Source: Chloropicon primus
Lineage: Eukaryota
NCBI GenBank assembly: GCA_023205875.1
Contig: CP060767.1
Coordinates: 434,001 to 498,000, forward strand
Direction of reading: 5' to 3'
DNA length: 64,000 nt
Part shown: one piece after another, positions 55,529-64,000 of the stretch
Numbering within the stretch: position 1 is the stretch's first letter
How the letters are laid out: each line of letters opens with the position of its first letter
Position numbers and translations under genes: made by a program
The notes under the pieces: model-generated
The model's database searches: none
Seen by the model: the letters and a program-made list of their open reading frames with translations, nothing else
What the model was told of the DNA's origin: nothing

Positions 55529-57259
55529 TCACGCAATGAGCTCATCCAGGTCTATCTTCTCCAGGTAGTTCCTGTCCACAATGAAGGAGGCGTTCAAGTC
55601 CTTGGACAAGAACTTCTTAATCAACTTGTTCGACAGCTTCAAGTGCTCCCCGTCCTCGATGAAGTAATCCGTCCTGTTCTTGACGTCCTGGGGCACGTAC
55701 GTCCAAGGCATCCTGACCTGGTTCCTACTGTTGGTCTCGAAGTTGCCGTAAATCTCCATCGTGGGCCCGAGCTCAGGGCCGTGCGACTTGTAAGGAAGGA
55801 ACAGAATGTTGTGCTGCATCATGGTGAAGAAGTCTGACTGGTCGTGCGTCCAGTTGAAGTGCGGATCGAGACCGTTAAGCGCTACGACCGTGTACCTCTC
55901 TCCCTTCTTGAAGGACCACGGCTTGCAATGCACCTCGCCCGCCCTGTCGTAGTAACTCGCCTTCCAGTCCTGCTGCCAGGCACTCGGGTACTTTGAGGAA
56001 GAGTCCGACCCCTCCACGAACTCCAACACCTTCTCGTCCTCGTTGTGCATCAACCAGCACCTCATGGACTCCTTTCCCTTCAGGCCGATCTTGTCGCTCA
56101 GCGCCTGGATGGGGTCCTCCGGCGTCCACACCTTGTCGAACATATCCAGAGGACCGTTCTTGGTCACGTTGTTGTCGTCCACCGGCTTGAGCAGGTCCGA
56201 GGTCAACCCAAGGTCCTCGGGACTCGAGGCAAAGGCCCAGAAGGCCGTGAAGTAGCTCCTGTGCGCGTGAAACCAAGGCATCTGGTCCTCGGGGGAGATG
56301 ATGATCTCCCCGTTCGCTGGCCACACCCCCGTGTTCCACCTCAGGCTCTGCCTCTTCGTCACGATGTTCGCCGCGAACGAGTGCTTCGCTCCAGCCATGT
56401 GCAACGCCAACGAGGATATCGGCCGCGTGTCCTCTATCGAGGTCCACTCGATCCCGACTTCCCCGTAAAAGATCATCGGGTTCGGCGTGGTCGTCTCATC
56501 GTTCCTCCTGACGTCGTTGAAGTTGGCGTTAATGGTCAAGTAGTCCCGTACGTCCGTGTCATTCACGAAAGGTATCCCGTGCCCCTTTGGATAAGAGATC
56601 AAGTAGCAGCTGTTTCCTCCGAGGTTGCTGGTGCAGACAGCATCACCGTGAGCCTCGAAGGCGTGGACCACGCCGGAAAGTCCCAACATATTGTGGTGCG
56701 TGTGTACCGGTGGGAAACCAGCAACCTCTCCATTCGGATACACGGGAGCGGCCATCTTTCCTGTGATGTACTTGGCCTTCTTCGGTGGAGGAAGGTCACC
56801 TATCAACACCTCGTGCTTGTCATACCCCCCCACACCAATCATCGGCCCGAACCTATACACGAGCCACCCACTCTGCCCGTCCTCTGCGTCCACCTCACAG
56901 GCTTGAAGACCGATTTCCTTGGGCTGGGACTCCTCCGGATCCGTCTCGAACTGGCTCCATGTGTACGTGTATGACATGAGTGGCAAGGTGACCGAGTACC
57001 ACTTGCCCTGGTCATCGCACTGAGAGTTTCTGTTTCTCGTGTACTCCTCCAGCTTGCGCTCCCTTGCCTTCCTTATGGTCACCATGGAGGACCGAGTCGA
57101 GCTCACCTGGAGGGAGTCAAGCCCCAAAGTGTTCTTCACATCGTTCTTGAAGACTTCACTCAAGCTCTGCGAGATGAATACAAAGCTCGCGAGCACGAGT
57201 GCGCTGCAGAGGACCAGGAACAACCTCGGCTTCCTCGAACCCAAAAGTCCTTCCCTCAT
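55529..57259 (-). CDS. Uncharacterised type II membrane protein with His-rich putative metal sites
   Basis: N-terminal TM LFLVLCSALVLASFVFI; HTHH, HGD, HAH and MMQH motifs; strong codon bias. Confidence 0.7.
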   Translation of the reverse strand: MREGLLGSRKPRLFLVLCSALVLASFVFISQSLSEVFKNDVKNTLGLDSLQVSSTRSSMVTIRKARERKLEEYTRNRNSQCDDQGKWYSVTLPLMSYTYTWSQFETDPEESQPKEIGLQACEVDAEDGQSGWLVYRFGPMIGVGGYDKHEVLIGDLPPPKKAKYITGKMAAPVYPNGEVAGFPPVHTHHNMLGLSGVVHAFEAHGDAVCTSNLGGNSCYLISYPKGHGIPFVNDTDVRDYLTINANFNDVRRNDETTTPNPMIFYGEVGIEWTSIEDTRPISSLALHMAGAKHSFAANIVTKRQSLRWNTGVWPANGEIIISPEDQMPWFHAHRSYFTAFWAFASSPEDLGLTSDLLKPVDDNNVTKNGPLDMFDKVWTPEDPIQALSDKIGLKGKESMRCWLMHNEDEKVLEFVEGSDSSSKYPSAWQQDWKASYYDRAGEVHCKPWSFKKGERYTVVALNGLDPHFNWTHDQSDFFTMMQHNILFLPYKSHGPELGPTMEIYGNFETNSRNQVRMPWTYVPQDVKNRTDYFIEDGEHLKLSNKLIKKFLSKDLNASFIVDRNYLEKIDLDELIA

Positions 57260-57384
57260 ATCCTTGGCCAACCAACACTAGAGCAGCAACCTCACAAGAG
57301 CCACAACAACAAACATAAAGGCACAACCTGACTCTAGGTAAAGGTGACAGACAGAGAGCAGACACAAGACAAGGCAAGGCAAGG

Positions 57385-57655
57385 CAAGAGTCTCCCTCCC
57401 TCACACTCCTACACTCGCACACTCCTGACTCCCTCCCTCTTTCCTGGGACAGAGGACTCCCTGTGCCTTGTTGTTCCCTTGGACACAAAGGCACAGGAGG
57501 TGTCTTCTTCGCTTGGAGGAGGACAACAAACAGAGAACGGCAGCGACAGCGGCAGCAGACTAGAGCACAAGAGCCTCCCTCCCTCACACTCCTTCACTCG
57601 CACACTCCTGACTCCCTTGGCTCATGCCTCGGACTCCCTTGCCGTGTTGTTCCCT
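57385..57655 (+). repeat. Imperfect direct duplication (period ~183 bp) in a divergent intergenic region
   Basis: CAAGAG.CTCCCTCCCTCACACTCCT.CACTCGCACACTCCTGACTCCCT at about 57385 and 57568. Confidence 0.8.
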
Positions 57656-57923
57656 GAGAAGGAGAAGAAGAAGAAGCCAAAAGATAAGCAGAGCCAAGAG
57701 ACACAAAGGATAAAAGCTTCAAGAGACCGAAAGAAAAGAAAGAGACAGAAAGAGATCCTCTCTTTCTCTTTCTCTTTCTCTTTCTCTTTCTCCCACAGAG
57801 GACAACTTTTTGCCGAAGGGTATGATTATTTCATTAATCGGTCCTAAGCTAAACGAAAGAAACGAAACCAGGGCCCAAGGCTTGACTCCTCTCGAGAGGT
57901 CGAGGGGGGTCGGAACCCTTCGC

Positions 57924-57966
<43 letters not shown>

Positions 57967-58032
57967 TTCTCTCTTTCTCTCTTCTGGCGGTTACCCAGTG
58001 TTGGGTAATGACCGAGCAGCAGAGCAGAGAGT

Positions 58033-59361
58033 ATGGGGAAGAAGCACAAGTCAGCGCTGCCTTGGAGCGTTGTCGCCATATCCGTGCTGCTTGTCCTGGT
58101 GACGATCTGGCAGACCACGAGTCTTTTCAGTTCCCAGCAGAAGGCGAGCGAGAGACCCCCAGTACCACCACCGGTATCCACTGCAAACTTCCCAGGAGTA
58201 CCACAGAGGTGTGACTACAACCTGGACGAAGGGTACTACTTAAAGTTCTACGAGGACAAGTGCTGGAGAGACTACTCGGTGGAGGACTGGAAGGAGAACC
58301 CTGCAAGAGCAAGCCGAGCGGTCTTCGACCATGGGGCTTTGTACATGAAAGAAATCTTGACATACCAGGAAGCCCTGACGCTGAGAGAGTACTTGGTCCA
58401 GGAATTGTCTCCGAGAACTCTTGCTGGGAACAAGTATTACACCAAAGATCTGAGAGACCCCGAAGGAAGGTACGACTTTCCTCTGGACCCTCTGGAGCAG
58501 GGTCCGGTGTTGGAAGCCTTGAACAAGGTTGTGGATAGAGTGGGGCCCATCTTTGAGAGGATACTGGGTGAAAAAGCTGAGCTGGTCGAGTTGTCCGTCT
58601 TGCAGACTTGCAATGCCACTGCTCAGAACACGCATAGTGACACGTGCACCATCTGCTGCGATGCTCAGGACACCTATCGGGACAGAATGGGAGAAATAGA
58701 TAGGACTTTCGAAGCCGGTGGCCAAACCATGGCGGTTTTGAACGCAGGGCACTACGAGAATGTGAATGTGCCCAAGAGTTACTCTCTGTTTCTTCCCATG
58801 CAGCCTACTGGGGTAAAGAATGGCGTCACGAACACTTACCCGGGGTCTCATCGGTTGCTGCCATGGAAAACGGTAGAAGACTTCAACGACGATCACGGTG
58901 ACGACGACTTTCTGGAGCACTACGAGAGGTGCAACCCCTCGTTGAACATGGGGGATGGATTCATCTACAACTCAAGAACCCTTCACGCCGCTGGCAGGAA
59001 TCCAACCCCCTCGGCAAGAATGATGTTCATGCTCTCTTTTCAAGCGGTTGATGACTACGGGGAGAACGGATTGTTGTTTGGTTCCTCATACTCCCTTCAA
59101 AAGAAATGGCAGACGCTCCTTCCCGTGGTGCTCAAGCGCTTGAAAGCGAAACATTATGACATATCATGCTATCGAGACGATGTGCAAGCCAGGAGTGCTG
59201 CTTACATGAAGACCTTGAAGAACGAGGAGAGGAACGAGCTCATGCGTCGACGAGGGAAGGACAAGGAGGCTATTGTTCTGTCAGTTGTGAAGGGAAAGTT
59301 GAAATTGAAAGATTTTCCACTGTCCGTGGCAAAATTAAGAAAGATAGCACAGATTACTTGA
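58033..59361 (+). CDS. Membrane-anchored PhyH-like 2OG-Fe(II) dioxygenase (intact paralogue of 22462-23755)
   Basis: N-terminal TM; QNTHSD, YPGSH, GDGFIYNSRTLHAAGRN...RMM. Confidence 0.85.
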   Translation: MGKKHKSALPWSVVAISVLLVLVTIWQTTSLFSSQQKASERPPVPPPVSTANFPGVPQRCDYNLDEGYYLKFYEDKCWRDYSVEDWKENPARASRAVFDHGALYMKEILTYQEALTLREYLVQELSPRTLAGNKYYTKDLRDPEGRYDFPLDPLEQGPVLEALNKVVDRVGPIFERILGEKAELVELSVLQTCNATAQNTHSDTCTICCDAQDTYRDRMGEIDRTFEAGGQTMAVLNAGHYENVNVPKSYSLFLPMQPTGVKNGVTNTYPGSHRLLPWKTVEDFNDDHGDDDFLEHYERCNPSLNMGDGFIYNSRTLHAAGRNPTPSARMMFMLSFQAVDDYGENGLLFGSSYSLQKKWQTLLPVVLKRLKAKHYDISCYRDDVQARSAAYMKTLKNEERNELMRRRGKDKEAIVLSVVKGKLKLKDFPLSVAKLRKIAQIT

Positions 59362-59409
59362 AACACTTAACAACACTTGTATACTCCTATATTCATATGC
59401 ATAACGCAT

Positions 59410-59448
<39 letters not shown>

Positions 59449-59543
59449 GCCTGGACCAAAGGCCTTGGGGATTTTCGTTCGATCCCGAACCAAAACCAAC
59501 ATAGTTGCATAATGAACGCGGGCTCTTTAATTGGAGAGCCTCT

Positions 59544-61400
59544 CTAGGCAGAATCACCTTCATCTACGATCTGTTCCTCTTCGATGGCGTCACTACTGTC
59601 GCTGCTTCCGATCACATCCGTATCATTATCTGTGCTCGTGCTCTCATCCACTTCCACTTCCTCTTCTTCCTCCCCATCCAAAACCTCCTCATCAAGAGCA
59701 TTTCCGCCATCACTTCCCTCGTCCTCGTCCCCGCCATCATCATCGTCGTCGTTTTTTTTGCCGTCATCATCATCCGTACTCTCCTGTTGACCATTCCTTG
59801 CCACCTCCAAAGGGGGGACCTGACTCTCCCAAGCGCCGTGACTCTCCTTCAAGTCCTCGGAAACCATGTGGTTAACATACTCTTCACCCGTTACGACCTT
59901 CCCCATGGGCCACTGGGCCTCTTCCCTCCAAGCAAGCCACTGCTGATCTTTGTACGCAACATCGTTGATCGATTGCAGGAGCTCCTCGAAGCGAACAGTC
60001 TCTCTCGTGTCCCTGCCGTACTGGTTCGTGTTGGGCTCCACTTTGTCATAGTAGTGGTAAGGTATCTTTTGATGCCTCCAGTCTTTCTGGTACCCAAAGA
60101 GCGTGATTTGCGTGCAGATGAGGTGGGCCAGGGCAATCCCATAAAAACCGTTAGAAGGCGCCCCATCGTTGTGCAAGTTCAGCACGTAGTACTGGAAGAA
60201 CGGGTCGATGACCTTCAAGTTCGGCAACACGTCCCTGAGCGACGCCCGTTCCGATATCTTGAACAATTGCTTGAAGTTCTTCGAGTTGGTGATGTGCTGA
60301 AGGACCGTCTCATTCGTGTGCTTCTCGTGAAAGAAGAAGTGCTCCGAATTCGTCACCCGAAACGAAGTTCTGCTCCCAACATGCTTCTCGAACCCCACAG
60401 TGGGCCCCCCGTTGAACCGAATCACCGTGTCGTGGGCGTCGATGTACTTGCCATACTCCTTGAGCAGAGTCCCGCCCCCGTTGCCTACGACTGCGCACGT
60501 TCCAAACTTGTTTTTCGATCTTCGAAGTCTTTCCTTGATGAAGTCTGTGGCCGGGAAGACCTTGAGCGCCTTGTTGTTCACCTGGCCGACCACTTGCCAC
60601 TTTATGTGCTTGCAGATATTGTTTCCCCTCATGTGGAGCGGCCAGTACTTTGGCACTTTGAAGTTCGACCTGCAGCAAGGTGTATCAGGAAATCGCATCG
60701 CTGGTCAGCAAAAGGAGCGCGTCAAGAAGAATCAGGTGCAGGCCTTGATTCACGCACGCTCTCACATACCTGTAACGGTGTTCATCCTTGGCAGAAACGA
60801 AGCTGTCGTTGAACGGACGAGCCACTCTCTCCTCCAAGGAGGTTACCGAGCACTTCTCCTCATACGGGTCTTTTATGGCAAAGGTTGGATTGCTGCTTCT
60901 GTGGTGTTCAAGATCTTTCGCGGTCCCTGGGTGCAGCCCACTCACTTTCTTCGTGCTCGTGGACGAGGAAGACGCGCTGCTCGAGGACGCCGGCCCCCCC
61001 ACCGGTGCAGAGACGCTCTGCACATCAGCCACCTTCTTCTTCTTGTGCTCCTCCTTCAGTTTCTTGACCTTCGTGTTAAGCTCCTTGTACGTGAACTCCC
61101 CATTGACCGAGATCTTCTGCTCTTGAAGCTTCTCCTTGCCCCAGAACCGCTCGTCCACATGAAAGTGCTGTCCACTCGTGTTAAGGTTGTGTGCATGGTT
61201 CACCAGAGTATCGTGGGCAAAAAATATGCCGACGGTCACCAGAGTCACTGAAGAAATGCAAGAGCAAAGCAGACCATCAGTCTCTCGCACACCACCTTGG
61301 GACTTGGAGACCCCACTTTCTTTCTGTGGTCCCTACACTTACCTAACAAGTAAATGATCAAGCGGCGAGGTGCCAAATCAGAAGAGTCGAACCGGACCAT
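59544..61400 (-). CDS. GT29 sialyltransferase-like Golgi type II protein; exons 61343-61400, 60770-61247, 59544-60669
   Basis: Sialylmotif L CAVVGNGG..IDAHDTVIRFN..VGSRT, motif S PSNG..C..ITLFG, motif III HYYD. Splicing builds the TM segment LIIYLLVTLVTVGIFF. Confidence 0.9.
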
Positions 61401-62099
61401 ACTGTCTTGCCTGTCTAACTCAAGCCGTTGCCCCTTCGACTTCGCGCTAACCCTAGCTTGTTCTTCTTAGACTCTGTTCCATCATCCAAAGTTCCCACCT
61501 TTGCGGCTCCCAACACACTCCCCCTACCTCTCCCTGACCCCCCTAGAAGGAGAAGGTGTCCACCAAGCAAACCTAAACCTAAACCTAAACCGCCGCGATG
61601 ATCAAGGGCCACGACGGATGAAGAGGCACAACCTCCACCCAAATGCAGCAAAGTCCTCTCCCTCCCTCCCCCCCTCTCTCTCTCCCTCTCTCTCTCTCTC
61701 TCTCCCTGTGTCTGTGTGTGTCTCGATGTCACCTTGGTTTTTGCCTTCCCTCCACTCATCACTCACCCAAGAGACGAGGGAGACGAGTCAAGTTTCATGA
61801 TGGGGGTGATGGTGGGAAAGGACCAAAGGCAAAGGGGTGGAGGAAAGGAACCACACCGTTGCCGCCTTTTCATGTGTCCGAGACAATCTTACAATCATAA
61901 CGAAAGGATTCGTCATGAATAATTCCTGACTGGGGGAAGCCGACGGATGAATGGTGGTGGGCAGGGAGTGGGCCAAGGCAAAGGGGTGAACGCCTTACAC
62001 GCTTATAGCAATATACGATACAATAATGATGTACATTGCAAGAACAATAAATGTAATTATGTACAAGTTTAAGTTGTGGTAACGAGATTCCTCTCCTCT

Positions 62100-64000
62100 C
62101 TAGAGGTATCTTGACAGCTCTTCATCGAAGCTGTCCCTTCGGATGAAGACTTTGGTTGGAAGGTCCCCTCCCTCCTTCCCTTTCGTATCCTCCTCCTCGT
62201 CCTCCTCCTCGGAAAGTTCAGCAAGTGCCTTGGCAACGGAATCCTCGATCTTGCTGTAAGAGCGCGAGTCCAGTGCCTCCTTTGCGACTTCGGAACTCGT
62301 TCTCGGCAGGGCAGGAGGGTCCTCAATGTCGACTTCTGCGATAGCCTTGTCGACCGAAATTTGTAACGCCTTGGCCGTGTTCGCCCTCGCCATCAAGGCC
62401 TCCTCGGCCGCTTCGCTATTCGTCCTGGTGAACACGGGGTTTCCGATGTCCTCGTTCACTTTCCCGAGCGCGGCGACACTCTGCTGTGCCCTGTGCGCGT
62501 GCGCTCTGTATGTTCTCGCCCTGATTTCATCGTCCGCAACTTCGCTGTTGGTTCTCGTGAATACCGGATTGTCGACGTCAACCAGCTCCTTCTTGCCGTC
62601 CTCGTTTCTGACAGCAACGACGCTGCTTCGCTCTTCTTTCTCCACCTCTTCCAAAGCGCGGCTCACAGAAGCTTCAACGGCATGGAGGGATTGATCTCTC
62701 CTCCACTTTCTCTCTGTCTCTTCCCTTTCCCTCTTCTCCTTTTCCCTCTCCAGGTCCTCGAACGCCGTAGCGACACTAGCTTTGGGGCCACCGGATCCAA
62801 GCGTGCCAAGGGATACCAACTGACTGAACCTCTTGCTGTCCCTCGTCTGCCTAACCGCAGGCTTTTTCGTGACCACGACGTCCGGAAGTTCGCCCCGCTC
62901 CCTCTCCACCGGCTTGGTGATCACCTCGGGAAGTGGGCTGGGCGGTTGATCCTGCTGTGGCTTCTCGTCCGAGGAGCTCGGTCCGGGCAGAGGGTTGGTG
63001 GTGTAATCGTACAAGTCCATGTCCGAGGATTCAACGGCAACGACCACGAGAGGATTGTCGACCCTCAGGCTGCTCAAGTCATCGTAACGGATCAATCCAT
63101 CCTCTTGGGATTCATTCTCGGCCTTCATCATCTCTAGTTTCACGTCACCCATATCCACGTGCGCTGCGGACTGCTCGAAGAGGTCCTTGTTTCTGAACGA
63201 AAAGAGCTTCCCGAAACCTTGCTTCCTGACCGTGCCGATTCTTTTCGGCTTCAGTGTCATTTTGTCCTGCAGGGGTCCCTGAACCGTCCTCGCCCTTCTC
63301 TCCTTCACTATCCTGGCGACGTAGAGAGACCCGACGCCGCAAAAGAGCAGGCCCGTGAAGACGCAAGCGTAAATCAGCCAATCCGGGATGCCCTTCGAGT
63401 CAGATGCAAGAATAGACGTGCCTTCCTGCTTCTCTCCGATAATAATGTTACTCGTTCCTCCGCTCTGGCTTTCCTCTTCTTCGTCGTCGACGGCGCCCGT
63501 GGAGGTGGCGAGGGCCATGTAAGTTGCCTCTGGGTATGCCTCTTCCAAAGACTTCTGGAGCATGCCGCTAGCTGCAGCCTCCTCTAACTTTTGGCTGATC
63601 TCCTGGGTCACTTGCTTTTGAAGCGCTTCCATGTTCTCCAGCACAGAATTTGCGGTCGTCGAATCCTGAGGCGGGGGTGGAGGCGGCGGTGGCGGTGGCG
63701 ACGCGTCGCCCCCAGCATCCTCGTCCGTCAACGAATCGCCAGCTCGAGAATCCTCTGGATCCACGAAGCCACTCTCGTCGATCGTGTTCTCTGGGATGTC
63801 GTCGTAAAGACCCGATTCTTCCAGCGTTTTGGGGTCCTGCAAGATGATCATGTCGATGATAACGCTGCCTGGGATGACGGAAACTATTTTAATCCTCGAG
63901 GGATCGATATCCAGCAAGCTCGCCATGTTCTCGATGTACCTCTCCTCGTAAAAGTCCGCAAAGTTCATGTCCAATTTCGCGGAAACCTGCACGACCGCTT
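62100..64000 (-). CDS. C-terminal part of a large single-pass membrane protein, possibly fibrocystin-L/PKHD1L1-like (5' end outside the window)
   Basis: FY...YIENMASLLDIDPSRIKIVSV segment, poly-Pro linker, TM WLIYACVFTGLLFCGVGSLYV, long cytoplasmic tail. Confidence 0.6.
   Translation of the reverse strand, partial: AVVQVSAKLDMNFADFYEERYIENMASLLDIDPSRIKIVSVIPGSVIIDMIILQDPKTLEESGLYDDIPENTIDESGFVDPEDSRAGDSLTDEDAGGDASPPPPPPPPPPQDSTTANSVLENMEALQKQVTQEISQKLEEAAASGMLQKSLEEAYPEATYMALATSTGAVDDEEEESQSGGTSNIIIGEKQEGTSILASDSKGIPDWLIYACVFTGLLFCGVGSLYVARIVKERRARTVQGPLQDKMTLKPKRIGTVRKQGFGKLFSFRNKDLFEQSAAHVDMGDVKLEMMKAENESQEDGLIRYDDLSSLRVDNPLVVVAVESSDMDLYDYTTNPLPGPSSSDEKPQQDQPPSPLPEVITKPVERERGELPDVVVTKKPAVRQTRDSKRFSQLVSLGTLGSGGPKASVATAFEDLEREKEKREREETERKWRRDQSLHAVEASVSRALEEVEKEERSSVVAVRNEDGKKELVDVDNPVFTRTNSEVADDEIRARTYRAHAHRAQQSVAALGKVNEDIGNPVFTRTNSEAAEEALMARANTAKALQISVDKAIAEVDIEDPPALPRTSSEVAKEALDSRSYSKIEDSVAKALAELSEEEDEEEDTKGKEGGDLPTKVFIRRDSFDEELSRYL

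Overview
Eukaryotic nuclear DNA from a compact, intron-poor green algal genome: short intergenic spacers, GT-AG introns, transit-peptide-bearing plastid proteins. It resembles a picoplanktonic chlorophyte such as Chloropicon, which I cannot confirm from the sequence alone. Most of the window is housekeeping genes (ASCC3, VPS36, AP-2 mu, lipoyl synthase, Aquarius, plastid L27, LRR-ARM-patatin, AOX, PIG-W, an HCN-like channel, CFAP92-like, pTAC10-like, GT29). Two accessory islands stand out. (1) 8.5-13.1 kb is a ~2.1-kb tandemly amplified cassette of two head-to-head paralogues. They share an N-terminal hydrophobic leader and a conserved EEVESRNL junction, followed by different Trp-rich cationic amphipathic tails. 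This is a candidate two-peptide antimicrobial/toxin precursor system. (2) 19.3-26.3 kb is a nest of inverted duplications built on a ~98-bp hairpin-containing minisatellite. The same 503-bp upstream block sits in front of two unrelated, frameshifted, membrane-anchored 2OG/Fe(II) oxygenases, followed by a perfect 30-bp palindrome and a very GC-rich amine oxidase gene. All homology calls come from motif recognition by eye, not from database searches.
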